From a virus, in IMG/VR virus record IMGVR_UViG_3300010885_011634, positions 1 to 64,000 of that record: a stretch of DNA of 64,000 bases; one strand, 5' to 3'. The number at the start of each line of letters is the position of its first letter. Within the stretch, counting starts at the first letter, position 1. Shown one piece after another: positions 7,641-17,035 of the stretch. Under the pieces are notes generated by a model, which saw nothing but the letters and a program-made list of their open reading frames with translations, had not been told where the DNA came from and searched no databases. Both the position numbers and the translations under genes were made by a program.

Positions 7641-8660
7641 TTAATTATATACTCTTTCTAATTTTTGTTCTAGTTGTTTCATGGCCATTTGTAATTTTAT
7701 ATGTCCTTTTTGTGCTGTTTTGATAGCATCGACAATTACAAATAACTTGCCGTATCTCTGTACAGCATCTGCACTATCTTTTACGTCAGCATCCCAGTTA
7801 GGAAACGCCACGGCCCAGTCATGTTGGATAGCTCGTTTAATAAGCTCAAGCCCAGCTTCATCTTGATCGGGTATTACAATAACTTCATGCCCTAGACTAT
7901 TAATTATACGTGCCTGTTGATCCGCAATGTCGTTAGTGAGTAACGCTACACCACCTACTGCTAACGCATCAAATGGTCCTTCACAAACAAATACATATTT
8001 TTGATATTCTTCTTGGCTATCAACATTAAACACAAAATGCGGATGCTGATCAGAAATATATTTTGGTTTACCGTCTGTGACTTTACGAGCAGTATTGCCT
8101 ACTATTTCTCCTTTATAGAAAAACGGTAGTATTACTCTATTGTCAAATCCAGATAAAGGAGTCCAATAGAACTGTCCACTAAATGCATCATGCCCACGAT
8201 CAATAATATATTTGACTACACTAACAAATGCATCCTGACTATCGCTTGGCAAGTCGTCTACTATAGAAGACCATTCAGATATTGGCATAGCACCCTCTGG
8301 TAGTTCTTTTACTCCAAAGTCAACTACGGGTTCTGAATGAGTGGGTTGATAATCGGCAGATTCTGTTTTGAGTGCTTCAAAAATTAATTCTTTAATATCA
8401 TCTTCTGATGCACCTAACCATTTACAAAGATTCTTAAATTTGTTAGATATTGGACGACCCGGCAGCCAACTTGCTGTAAATTTACAATTGAAACAATTAT
8501 AAACTATACCTTGATCAAATCGTAACCCACCTCGTTTACGTGTATCTGATTTGTGGCCGCGATGTCCGCAACAGGGGGCGTTAAAACTAGTCCAACCAGA
8601 CGGACTTGCTTTTGCACGTGAAGGTAATAGCGTTCGAAATTTGTCAACTACGAGAGTCAT
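7641..8660 (-). CDS. DNA primase (T4 gp61-like)
   Basis: N-terminal Zn ribbon (PCC...YNCFNC); TOPRIM motifs VCEGPFDA, IPDQDEAG and KD. Confidence 0.9.
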   Translation of the reverse strand: MTLVVDKFRTLLPSRAKASPSGWTSFNAPCCGHRGHKSDTRKRGGLRFDQGIVYNCFNCKFTASWLPGRPISNKFKNLCKWLGASEDDIKELIFEALKTESADYQPTHSEPVVDFGVKELPEGAMPISEWSSIVDDLPSDSQDAFVSVVKYIIDRGHDAFSGQFYWTPLSGFDNRVILPFFYKGEIVGNTARKVTDGKPKYISDQHPHFVFNVDSQEEYQKYVFVCEGPFDALAVGGVALLTNDIADQQARIINSLGHEVIVIPDQDEAGLELIKRAIQHDWAVAFPNWDADVKDSADAVQRYGKLFVIVDAIKTAQKGHIKLQMAMKQLEQKLERVYN

Positions 8661-8666
8661 ACATAT

Positions 8667-8695
8667 AGTATACTATCTGTATAAGACCTTGTCAA
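8667..8695 (-). promoter_or_regulatory. sigma70-type promoter of the primase-helicase operon
   Basis: Minus strand TTGACA-17 nt-TATACT-6 nt-ATG(8660). Confidence 0.8.
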
Positions 8696-9488
8696 CGGTT
8701 CCTGTGGTTGGATAATGCCGAACTCGGAAAAAATTGTATTTTCCTGTGACATTTTTATATACTTGACTTGCACTAGATAATGTTAACGTTTCAAGATCTG
8801 TCCAAACATGTGGATTGCCACCTTCACTTAGACTACCTTGAATTTTTACAGTGCCAGTATAATTTGAACAGCTTAATTGGAATGTGTGTAGACTTTGTGG
8901 TACTTGTGTAATACCTACTGCGTCAATTAAACTAGAAGTATAATATTTAGGTTCTGTATTACCGGTTGTGCCTGGATTAATATATTCAAATTTGGTTACG
9001 ATAATGCTTTCTTCTGCTTCACCTAACACGTCACCGGATACTTCCATAGTACCAATGGCACCGTATTGAGCATCTTGAAACATAGGTGTTTTAGAAGTCA
9101 CGGTATATTCGTCTGTTCCGCTAATTGGCGAACGGACTTCTTGAGTAATGCTGTAATTATAGAATCCTGATTCTAATTCTGCTAATTCTGCTTGAGTCAA
9201 AATAACATAAACTTTGCCACCGCTGGCACTAACTGTAACACAGTCTTTGCTGAGAATTAAATCTTTCCCCTCTCTGGTAATGATGTTAAATACCAAAGTA
9301 GAGCCGCTTATATCTGCGGCTTTCTGGTCCGAGTTCCGTACCTGTAAATCAATACGATTATCAACACTGCGATAAGTTTTTAAGTTGCGATTATACACTC
9401 TACGATACCTCTCCGTTTGCCAGGAAGCCAGCGCATTTGTAAATACGTCTATCTTATTTGGATATAAATAAACTGAATTAAGTTGCAT
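8673..9488 (-). CDS. putative virion structural protein (beta-rich, baseplate/tail-associated)
   Basis: Thr/Ser/Val-rich beta-sandwich character; late motif TAAATA upstream at about 9509-9514. Confidence 0.5.
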   Translation of the reverse strand: MQLNSVYLYPNKIDVFTNALASWQTERYRRVYNRNLKTYRSVDNRIDLQVRNSDQKAADISGSTLVFNIITREGKDLILSKDCVTVSASGGKVYVILTQAELAELESGFYNYSITQEVRSPISGTDEYTVTSKTPMFQDAQYGAIGTMEVSGDVLGEAEESIIVTKFEYINPGTTGNTEPKYYTSSLIDAVGITQVPQSLHTFQLSCSNYTGTVKIQGSLSEGGNPHVWTDLETLTLSSASQVYKNVTGKYNFFRVRHYPTTGTVDKVLYR

Positions 9489-9517
9489 ACATTACTGGAC
9501 CTTTACAATATTTATCA

Positions 9518-9889
9518 ATGAGAATAACAGAAAACTTACAAGAAAATTTTCCATTCATAAGCGTATTAAACCACGTAAACCATGAATACGTAGGCATTAT
9601 AATCAACCAAGATGCTCAGGTAACTAGCATGTATGATTATGTATCAATACGAACAGAACAAGAACGAACACGCTTCTTAGAACTAGGTGAAGCATGGTGG
9701 TGGGAATCAAATAGACAAATTCCTATTAATATTTTTCTATCTAGAGAAATTGGGGAATTTAAGTATGTTATTAAAAACTTCAGTACCAAAGATGTTAAAT
9801 TACTACATGGCCCTTGTACTAGCTTAAATGATATTATTGTAAAAAGAATTAAACGTAAATCTATTACATTAGTTCGTCGAGCAACCTAA
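9518..9889 (+). CDS. hypothetical phage protein
   Basis: 123-aa ORF with WWWESNRQIPINIF. Confidence 0.75.
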   Translation: MRITENLQENFPFISVLNHVNHEYVGIIINQDAQVTSMYDYVSIRTEQERTRFLELGEAWWWESNRQIPINIFLSREIGEFKYVIKNFSTKDVKLLHGPCTSLNDIIVKRIKRKSITLVRRAT

Positions 9890-10464
9890 CTAAACTCGTA
9901 ACTAATCTCTTCACAAATTAAATTCATTTGAACAACGACTGCAACTGCATACGCAGTAGCATGCGACTTCTTAAAGAAATACTCGTCATTCTTTGGTTTT
10001 ACCCACACTTCGTTCATTATTGTAGTCCAATCTTTCTCTATCAGATAACGCTTCGCTGGTCGTATCATCGCTAGTACTGCTGCTAATTGTTCGATGCTTT
10101 TCGGCTGCACTTTGTTGAGTATAGAAGAGTTCCCGTTGACGTGAAATAGTAAGCTGTTGAAAGATGAATCTATTAGCAAATCCCATAATGGCTCTCGGTT
10201 CATTAATTCCATGAGATGCTCTTCATCTCGTACACCTTTATATATCCCAACGTTGAGAAAATCTATTTTGAAATACCCTAAGTCCTCAGCGGCTTCATAT
10301 GGTACTGCACAAATACCTTCAACGGCATTCATTGGTACTTCGTGTAGATAGACTCCTGTATTATGCTTAACTAATTTGTTATCATCAATACGACTAGCTC
10401 GTACATGCTTAAACAAAGTTAATGCTTGCTCACGATCTAAAAAGTCTATATCTATATCTGGCAT
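9886..10464 (-). CDS. minimal DNA polymerase III alpha (C-family) catalytic-core protein
   Basis: DnaE motifs in the correct order: PDIDIDF, HNTGVY, GYFKIDFL, PKSIEQLAAVLAMIRP, YFFKKSHATAYA; only 192 aa. Confidence 0.8.
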   Translation of the reverse strand: MPDIDIDFLDREQALTLFKHVRASRIDDNKLVKHNTGVYLHEVPMNAVEGICAVPYEAAEDLGYFKIDFLNVGIYKGVRDEEHLMELMNREPLWDLLIDSSFNSLLFHVNGNSSILNKVQPKSIEQLAAVLAMIRPAKRYLIEKDWTTIMNEVWVKPKNDEYFFKKSHATAYAVAVVVQMNLICEEISYEFS

Positions 10465-10637
10465 GGTTCAACCTTTTTCCAACTAGACGGTCCATCTGAA
10501 GAAAAGCCAACGTACTGTTCGCCAGTCTCCATATCAATTAACCTGTACTTCTCTGGACATCGAGTGTACACGGTTAATGTTTTAGGATTCTCAAGTTCTA
10601 ATACTTGTGACCCGTCTTTTAATGTTCTAGTGGTCAT
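10452..10637 (-). CDS. hypothetical protein
   Basis: 61-aa ORF overlapping both neighbours. Confidence 0.6.
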   Translation of the reverse strand: MTTRTLKDGSQVLELENPKTLTVYTRCPEKYRLIDMETGEQYVGFSSDGPSSWKKVEPCQI

Positions 10638-10873
10638 TAATTTAATCTTGTGGTTTCGAATAATAATAAAGGCAACGTGTCTGCTAAAAATTGTGCGTAT
10701 TCTTCTGCATCTTCATCATCAGCGAATCCAGAAAATTTAACATACACTACTCCTTCTTCTGTATCTGTTGGCGCCGAATACACTTCAATATCAATATCAT
10801 CTCTAGAAATAAATTCTTCGTTTTCACGTAATTCTTCTACTTCTTCTATTTTTGGCGGCGGTCTTTTTGGCAT
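10637..10873 (-). CDS. acidic hypothetical protein
   Basis: 78 aa with TAATG coupling on both sides. Confidence 0.65.
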   Translation of the reverse strand: MPKRPPPKIEEVEELRENEEFISRDDIDIEVYSAPTDTEEGVVYVKFSGFADDEDAEEYAQFLADTLPLLLFETTRLN

Positions 10874-11556
10874 TATAGTATTTTAGCTTCCTTAATGATG
10901 TCTTTAACTAATTCAATATCTGCAGGCAATGCTTTGAAACGGCGCATCCAAAATTGTGGATCAATCATAGGTCCTATAATTTCCAATTGCTCATCATTCA
11001 TACGACGCAACATTTCTTTACCTGACTTACTATTTAAGATAATCCACGGCGATACTAACCCTTCTTTAATATCGTGTGTAGCACGATTCAAATTTACATA
11101 TTGAAAATAATGTTCCCACCCAGCATTATTTTCATCTGCCCACTCCATCATCGTTTTGATAGTACGTTGTATTGCACCGTCAGCAGGTTCTTTTTTAATT
11201 AACTCTGCAACATACGTTTCATACAACTCATCACGACACCAATGATCTAATTTTACTCCACTGCGTATTACAAACTCTATAAACATCTCTGGATATATTG
11301 GCGCTGTATTAACTAAGAAACTACCAAATTTAACCATGGCATTATAAAATGCGCTTGATGCAAAGTCTTCAAAGGATTTAGTAGCGTGAGACTTTTGAGA
11401 TATCTCATAAAATCTTTGATAAGTTAATAACCCTGCCTGTACATGTTTTTCATGCTTGCTCATGTGCCTGCGTTTTTGTTCGCATACATGTACGGCTAGA
11501 GTTTTTTCTTTAGCAAATTCTTTATTACAATATTCGCACTTAAAACTTAATTGCAT
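10873..11556 (-). CDS. hypothetical protein with N-terminal zinc finger
   Basis: FKCEYCNKEFAKEKTLAVHVC (C2HC/C2H2-like); start placed at ATG 11556. Confidence 0.7.
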   Translation of the reverse strand: MQLSFKCEYCNKEFAKEKTLAVHVCEQKRRHMSKHEKHVQAGLLTYQRFYEISQKSHATKSFEDFASSAFYNAMVKFGSFLVNTAPIYPEMFIEFVIRSGVKLDHWCRDELYETYVAELIKKEPADGAIQRTIKTMMEWADENNAGWEHYFQYVNLNRATHDIKEGLVSPWIILNSKSGKEMLRRMNDEQLEIIGPMIDPQFWMRRFKALPADIELVKDIIKEAKIL

Positions 11557-12019
11557 TGATCTGTTTTTTGTCCCAACCAAGTGTTGCACAATATTCCTTA
11601 ATTTCTTTATCTGTTGTAATTTTAGCCATTGTTTCTATATCTGCTAATTTAGTACTAGGAAATAATTCTGCAAGGAATTCTTCTTTTTTATTCTTTTGTT
11701 TCTTTAACGGAATCCATTCATGAAAGAATGTTTTCTTGCTTTCATGACTACACATACATAGCGTTTGCCAAACTAGCTTTGGATGCTTTTGTATGTCATT
11801 CCAATTCTTATTATAAAATTCATTAGTGGTTAAAACAAAGTGTTCTTGATGTTCTCTATTGCTTGTCTTAACATTACTAATATATCGATTTAGATTCCAA
11901 AAATCGCCTTTGATTTCTTTCTTGCCTTCGTCTGTGGCAGCTTCCCACAGATCTTTAAGTCCAAGGTCTACTGCTGGAATCATATCCTTAAAAAGATCTA
12001 CGTGTTTATTTTGGCCCAT
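11540..12019 (-). CDS. putative clamp loader small subunit (T4 gp62-like)
   Basis: Size, position in the replication module and the pattern FWNLNRYIS...NEFYN...FHEWI resemble the gp62 family. Confidence 0.5.
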   Translation of the reverse strand: MGQNKHVDLFKDMIPAVDLGLKDLWEAATDEGKKEIKGDFWNLNRYISNVKTSNREHQEHFVLTTNEFYNKNWNDIQKHPKLVWQTLCMCSHESKKTFFHEWIPLKKQKNKKEEFLAELFPSTKLADIETMAKITTDKEIKEYCATLGWDKKQINAIKF

Positions 12020-12254
12020 GTTCTTTACTCAAATGATATAATATTATAACACGTTCAAGAGCGGATTGCAAGGCCTCATTGGTCTTTGCTGCTCTCCGAA
12101 TTTCTCCCCAAAGTTTATCCTCTTTAAGTTGATCAAGCGAGTCTTGGAGGGCTGGATCCACTGAATGCAATGATCGATCTAAGGTTCCAAATTTTCGTGA
12201 ATAGACAGTCTTTCCACCATCTGGACTTTCAAATATAAGCGGTAGTTGTTTCAT
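12006..12254 (-). CDS. hypothetical phage protein
   Basis: IFESPDGGKTVYSR motif; start placed at ATG 12254 (ATGA overlap). Confidence 0.7.
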   Translation of the reverse strand: MKQLPLIFESPDGGKTVYSRKFGTLDRSLHSVDPALQDSLDQLKEDKLWGEIRRAAKTNEALQSALERVIILYHLSKEHGPK

Positions 12255-12814
12255 TTTACAAACTTTAAGATTAATTCTGAGCCTACCCAATTTTTGAATT
12301 GTTCAGTCCACCAGTCTTGGTCTGTGCGCTCAAGCTCTTCTGCGGTGTATGCCTGCTCAATTTCAGTACCACGCTTTTTCTTTTTACCTAGTTTAAGATT
12401 TGTACCTATGAAACAAAACTTTGTTGTCATACGCATTAAATGATCAATTACTATTGATAAATCTTCTGTTGGAATAGCTGATAAGGCTTGTATGGCAATT
12501 ATAGCATCAAATTTAGAATCTAAAGGCGGATATACTTCAAATTTTTCAACGCAAGGATCAAACTTATATACTGATGTTAAATTTAAGTATTCGTCAAAAG
12601 TTTGATTATCAGTACCAAAATTAATTATTGATCCTGGCTCGTAGTGTAGACCTTTGCCGCAACCGTAATCTAATAATGTTTTAGCATTGTGTTTTTGTGC
12701 TAAGGCTTTAATTTCATCTGCATACGCTAATGTGCCGCCCCCTGAGTATGTTTTATTCTGCAGGTGAAACTGTCTAACACCCTCAACTCTATGATAATAT
12801 TCTTGACTAAACAT
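12251..12814 (-). CDS. class I SAM-dependent methyltransferase
   Basis: LLDYGCGKG motif I; FDAII. Confidence 0.85.
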   Translation of the reverse strand: MFSQEYYHRVEGVRQFHLQNKTYSGGGTLAYADEIKALAQKHNAKTLLDYGCGKGLHYEPGSIINFGTDNQTFDEYLNLTSVYKFDPCVEKFEVYPPLDSKFDAIIAIQALSAIPTEDLSIVIDHLMRMTTKFCFIGTNLKLGKKKKRGTEIEQAYTAEELERTDQDWWTEQFKNWVGSELILKFVK

Positions 12815-12816
12815 TG

Positions 12817-13500
12817 TTACACCTGTGAATTATAAAAATTTAATAAGTTTACGTACTGTTCGTTTTCGTGTTTTCTAGATCCTTTTGCTGTCCAAATCAT
12901 TCGATCAGGAGTCATCTTTGTACCAGTCCACTCAGAACTTAATTGCGGTATTGGTTTTTCAATCATCATAGCATCTAATATATCTTGATCTAAAAACCAA
13001 TAAATGTTTCCTTGTTTGAAACTTTCATATAATCTAGTGCTGTATGTATTTCTAAAATCATCAGCTCCAAATGATATCGCACTGGCTAATGACTTACCAC
13101 CTTTTCTAATAGTAATTTTACTAAGGTCAGTTGCTTCTAAAAATTTAGTTAGTGGGATTGTTTTATTAGCAATCACATCACAATCAAAACTTATAACCTT
13201 TGCAGAAGGATCAAATATTTCCGGAATTCTTATAAACCGAATGCAAGCACATAACGTATTAAATTCTTTATTATTAATATCTATTAATTCGCTGGTATAG
13301 CTTACGCTTTTTTGAGAGCACCATTCTAGTTGTTCATTGGTTGGATTATACAAATGAACATGAACATTTGCCCACGGTGCATGTTGTAGTAAACTTAATG
13401 CTAGTGCTTTGCCATATAGATCAAAATATTTTGAATCTGCTGCAAAGTAGAAGAAGTTACCAACTAAGCGAGACGGTACATTCAAAGACGGTAGGATCAT
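12817..13500 (-). CDS. putative GT-A glycosyltransferase
   Basis: RFIR...ISFDCDV (DxD), WFLDQDIL, WTAKG. Confidence 0.6.
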   Translation of the reverse strand: MILPSLNVPSRLVGNFFYFAADSKYFDLYGKALALSLLQHAPWANVHVHLYNPTNEQLEWCSQKSVSYTSELIDINNKEFNTLCACIRFIRIPEIFDPSAKVISFDCDVIANKTIPLTKFLEATDLSKITIRKGGKSLASAISFGADDFRNTYSTRLYESFKQGNIYWFLDQDILDAMMIEKPIPQLSSEWTGTKMTPDRMIWTAKGSRKHENEQYVNLLNFYNSQV

Positions 13501-14312
13501 AGATTTTTTAATTCGTTAAGCATTATATCGTAATTGGGAATATTGAACTCTAATAATTTACGTGTATCAATTAAGATTTTGTTTACAGGCTTTGGACCTT
13601 GTGTCTGTACAATAGTTTTGTTAAGAGCAAATGTTTCATTTATCTTACACAACAAGTCATATTTGTTAATTTTATTATCGTTATTAACAAGATGGTACAC
13701 TCCGGTAATTACAGGAGTTTGCATGTATTGATCAATACATTTTGCTAACTGTAAGGTAGTAATGCCATTCCACCAAGCATTATCCCATCCTTGTAATTCA
13801 GTCGCTGGGTTGTTAACGACCCAATTAAAAAGTCCTGTGCCATTCGATTTTAACTCAGGGCCAATAATACTCATTCTAAATGTAACATCTTTACTGTTAT
13901 TCACTTCACCTAAGGATTTTGAGTTGCCATAGGCATTCATTTCAGTATGAACATCTGCTTCGACGTATTCACCTTTCTTACCATCAAACACGCAGTCTGT
14001 TGAAAGATGTATTAGTTTCGTAGCAGTATTTTTTAATGCCTGCTCAACGTAGTGCGGAAACCAAGAATTAATAATTGCAGCTCTATCTGGACGATCATTG
14101 CTGTCTTTGACTAACAAGCCAATACAATTTATAACGTAATCGTAGACATCAATATTATTAAAAAACTGTGTAACATCTACTACATTTTCGATGTCTAAAT
14201 GAAAATCAGCATCAGTTCTAGCGACAGTATGCACAACATAATTTTGTTGTTTAAGATACTTTACAATAACATGTCCAGCCATGCCATTGGCGCCAATTAC
14301 TAAGACTTTCAT
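13497..14312 (-). CDS. RmlD-family NDP-4-keto-6-deoxy-sugar reductase (QnlA/WbvR-like)
   Basis: GANGMAG, INCIG, HLSTDCVFDG, YGNSK (YxxxK). Confidence 0.88.
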   Translation of the reverse strand: MKVLVIGANGMAGHVIVKYLKQQNYVVHTVARTDADFHLDIENVVDVTQFFNNIDVYDYVINCIGLLVKDSNDRPDRAAIINSWFPHYVEQALKNTATKLIHLSTDCVFDGKKGEYVEADVHTEMNAYGNSKSLGEVNNSKDVTFRMSIIGPELKSNGTGLFNWVVNNPATELQGWDNAWWNGITTLQLAKCIDQYMQTPVITGVYHLVNNDNKINKYDLLCKINETFALNKTIVQTQGPKPVNKILIDTRKLLEFNIPNYDIMLNELKNL

Positions 14313-15289
14313 ATGAACTTACCTTTTTTCAGCATTTCCTTAATCTCAGATTTGTTCATGATAAACGTCTTAGATGAAAATTCTTGATGTGCAAATTTCT
14401 TTAGATCTTTATATTTTTCAGTTAATTCAGCACTAGATTTAGAAGGTAGAATAACAAAATAATTTTCATCGTAACAATACGATAACGGTGATTCATGTTT
14501 TGAAATTAACATTTCATCTAATTTTTCACCAGGACGGCCGCCAATTTCTTTTATTTCTACAACACCATATTCGTCTATTAGTACATTGGCAATATCTCTA
14601 ATATAACATGCTGGCATATTCATAACAAATGTTTCACCACCGATACTGTCTTCTGCTGCTTTGAATAACAAACTTATTGCTTCTTCTAATGTCAAGAAGA
14701 ATCGGGTCATTTCTATATCAGTGATAGTGATTGGCCCACCTGCTTTAATCTGTTCTATAAAATAAGGAATTACGGAGCCATTTGAGCCCATAACATTGCC
14801 GCCTCTAATACAAACAAATTTAGTATAGTCGGTTAAATCATTAGCTTGGATAATTAATTTCTCGCCTACAGATTTAGTCATTCCATATAGGTTAACCGGT
14901 TCAACAGCCTTATCAGTGCTTACATCGATAACCTTTTTTACACGATTTTCAATAGCGGCATTAACAATATTACTGGTGCCGGTAATGTTTGTTTTGATTG
15001 CTTCTTGCGGATGTTCTTCACATACCGGAACGTGTTTAAGAGCAGCCATATGAAAAATATAATCAATATTCTTAGTGGCAAATCTTACAGAATCATAGTC
15101 ACGAACATCACCAATTACATACTTAATGCGCTGGTCATTAAACTTTCGTTGCATTAAAACTTGTTGTAGTTCACCTCTAGAAAATACAACAATTTCTTTT
15201 ACATCGTATTTTTCCAATAACATTCTAGTTAAGGTTTGCCCCCAAGAGCCCGTGCCCCCGGTTATTAAAATTCTTGCATTATTAAACAT
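14309..15289 (-). CDS. UDP-GlcNAc 4,6-dehydratase (FnlA/CapE/PseB family)
   Basis: TGGTGSWG, FHMAALKHVP, STDKAVEPVNLYGMTK, RGGNVMGSNGSVIP, MTRF, RPGEKLDE. Confidence 0.9.
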   Translation of the reverse strand: MFNNARILITGGTGSWGQTLTRMLLEKYDVKEIVVFSRGELQQVLMQRKFNDQRIKYVIGDVRDYDSVRFATKNIDYIFHMAALKHVPVCEEHPQEAIKTNITGTSNIVNAAIENRVKKVIDVSTDKAVEPVNLYGMTKSVGEKLIIQANDLTDYTKFVCIRGGNVMGSNGSVIPYFIEQIKAGGPITITDIEMTRFFLTLEEAISLLFKAAEDSIGGETFVMNMPACYIRDIANVLIDEYGVVEIKEIGGRPGEKLDEMLISKHESPLSYCYDENYFVILPSKSSAELTEKYKDLKKFAHQEFSSKTFIMNKSEIKEMLKKGKFI

Positions 15290-15297
15290 ATTTTTTC

Positions 15298-16374
15298 CTA
15301 AGTTGACATCAGTATGTTAATTACTGTATCCGATACATTTGTTTTATTATACTCACTAGGGATGCCCCAATTTTTATTAATTGCCTTGGCGCTGTTATAG
15401 CAAGAAATTATATTTTCTTTTTTAAGGCCGCTAATAATATTCGATCCACACCAAATTGTTTCCGGTCTTTCTGTTGTATCTCTAATGGTAATTGTTGGTA
15501 TACCAAATAAACACATCTCTTCTTGCACAGTACCTGAATCGCTAATTGCCATATATGCATTTTTTTCTAAGTTAACAAAATCAAAAAATCCTAACGGTTC
15601 AGTCATTATGATATTTGGATTATCAACTAAAATATTAAACTTTGCTAATTTTTGTTTAGTTCTAGGATGGCAACTAAACACTATTTTATATTCTTTAGAT
15701 ATTTCTTCAAAACTTTCAAAAATATTAATTAATCGATCATCAACATCAACATTTTCTGCTCGATGTGCAGTGGCTATAATGTAGTTATTTTTTTCAAGAT
15801 TAAGTGTTGTTAATATAGAGGAACTGTTGATTTCAGTTGCATAAAAATCTATTACTTCTTTGATTGGATTTCCTGTGACAAATACTTTATTGTTTGTAGC
15901 ACCTTCACGTAATAAATTTTGACGACTTAATTCAGTGTAAGGTAAATTTATACTAGACACAGCATCAATAATTTTTCTATTCTTTTCTTCAGGAACTTTG
16001 AGATCATAACAGCGATTACCAGCTTCCATATGGTAGACTGGAATGCCTAATCTTTCACATATGATTGCTGCTAGCCCAGAGTTAGTATCGCCCAATATTA
16101 AAACTTTATCAGGATTAAACTCTTGTAGATATTGTTCTACTCCAACAAACATCTTACCGATTTGTTCAGCTGTGGTACCTTTACTATCTATTACGACATC
16201 AGGTTTACGTATGCCTAAATCGTTAAAGAAAATATCGTTAAGCGCAGGATCGTAGTTTTGTCCAGTATGTAGTATGCGATGATCGCATAACTGATCAAGT
16301 TTAGGTATAATTCTAGACAGTCGTATGATTTCTGGACGTGTGCCTAGGATTGTTAATATCTTACAATTAGCCAT
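15298..16374 (-). CDS. UDP-HexNAc 2-epimerase (FnlC/WbjD/QnlB type)
   Basis: GTRPEIIRLS, HTGQNYD, HMEAGNRC, PEEKNR, SDSGTVQEE, TERPE. Confidence 0.9.
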   Translation of the reverse strand: MANCKILTILGTRPEIIRLSRIIPKLDQLCDHRILHTGQNYDPALNDIFFNDLGIRKPDVVIDSKGTTAEQIGKMFVGVEQYLQEFNPDKVLILGDTNSGLAAIICERLGIPVYHMEAGNRCYDLKVPEEKNRKIIDAVSSINLPYTELSRQNLLREGATNNKVFVTGNPIKEVIDFYATEINSSSILTTLNLEKNNYIIATAHRAENVDVDDRLINIFESFEEISKEYKIVFSCHPRTKQKLAKFNILVDNPNIIMTEPLGFFDFVNLEKNAYMAISDSGTVQEEMCLFGIPTITIRDTTERPETIWCGSNIISGLKKENIISCYNSAKAINKNWGIPSEYNKTNVSDTVINILMST

Positions 16375-17035
16375 TGATTAAATTCATAGTGCTGCTGTCA
16401 AGATTATATTCTTTACAATAGGCTTCGACAAACGGAATAATGTTTGTTTTTAGTGTTGATTCTATATCAAACGATTTTTTTATAAAACACCCGGTCCATG
16501 ATGTGGGAGAAGTTAAAAAGAATAGATTATAATTTTTGTGTAGCTCTTCATTGAAATAATATTCATACCAACTAATTCCTCTAGGTTGGCAATCGTGAAA
16601 TCCAATGATATCAAATTTATCAAATAAGGTATTGATTGACAGCGTTCGAGCGCAGGTAAAATGATCTACAAATAGCATCTTAGGCTCCAATGGTTCGTTT
16701 CCAATAGTCACAGAAAGATCTTTATAGTAGTCGATAATTTTATTTTTTTGTTCGGGTGCAAGCTCTCTTAAAAATGTTCTTAATTTAATATCACTGCCTA
16801 AGTCGTGAAATATTAAACTACACCGTGCATCAAAATTGTTATTTTCTTTAACATGATTTAGCCATTCTTTATCGTTGTCAATAAAAAATAGTTTTTCTGC
16901 TTGTGAATTAAGGAATACCGGCGACGAATATAATCCTGTACCTAATTCAACTATTAATTTTGGATTCAGTGCCGCAACTACAGTTTTAAGCAACGGTACA
17001 TGAGTACTCCATTCGTAATCATTAACTATATTCAT
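16367..17035 (-). CDS. putative methyltransferase-fold protein
   Basis: IVELGTGLYSS; FVD; HD. Confidence 0.55.
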   Translation of the reverse strand: MNIVNDYEWSTHVPLLKTVVAALNPKLIVELGTGLYSSPVFLNSQAEKLFFIDNDKEWLNHVKENNNFDARCSLIFHDLGSDIKLRTFLRELAPEQKNKIIDYYKDLSVTIGNEPLEPKMLFVDHFTCARTLSINTLFDKFDIIGFHDCQPRGISWYEYYFNEELHKNYNLFFLTSPTSWTGCFIKKSFDIESTLKTNIIPFVEAYCKEYNLDSSTMNLING

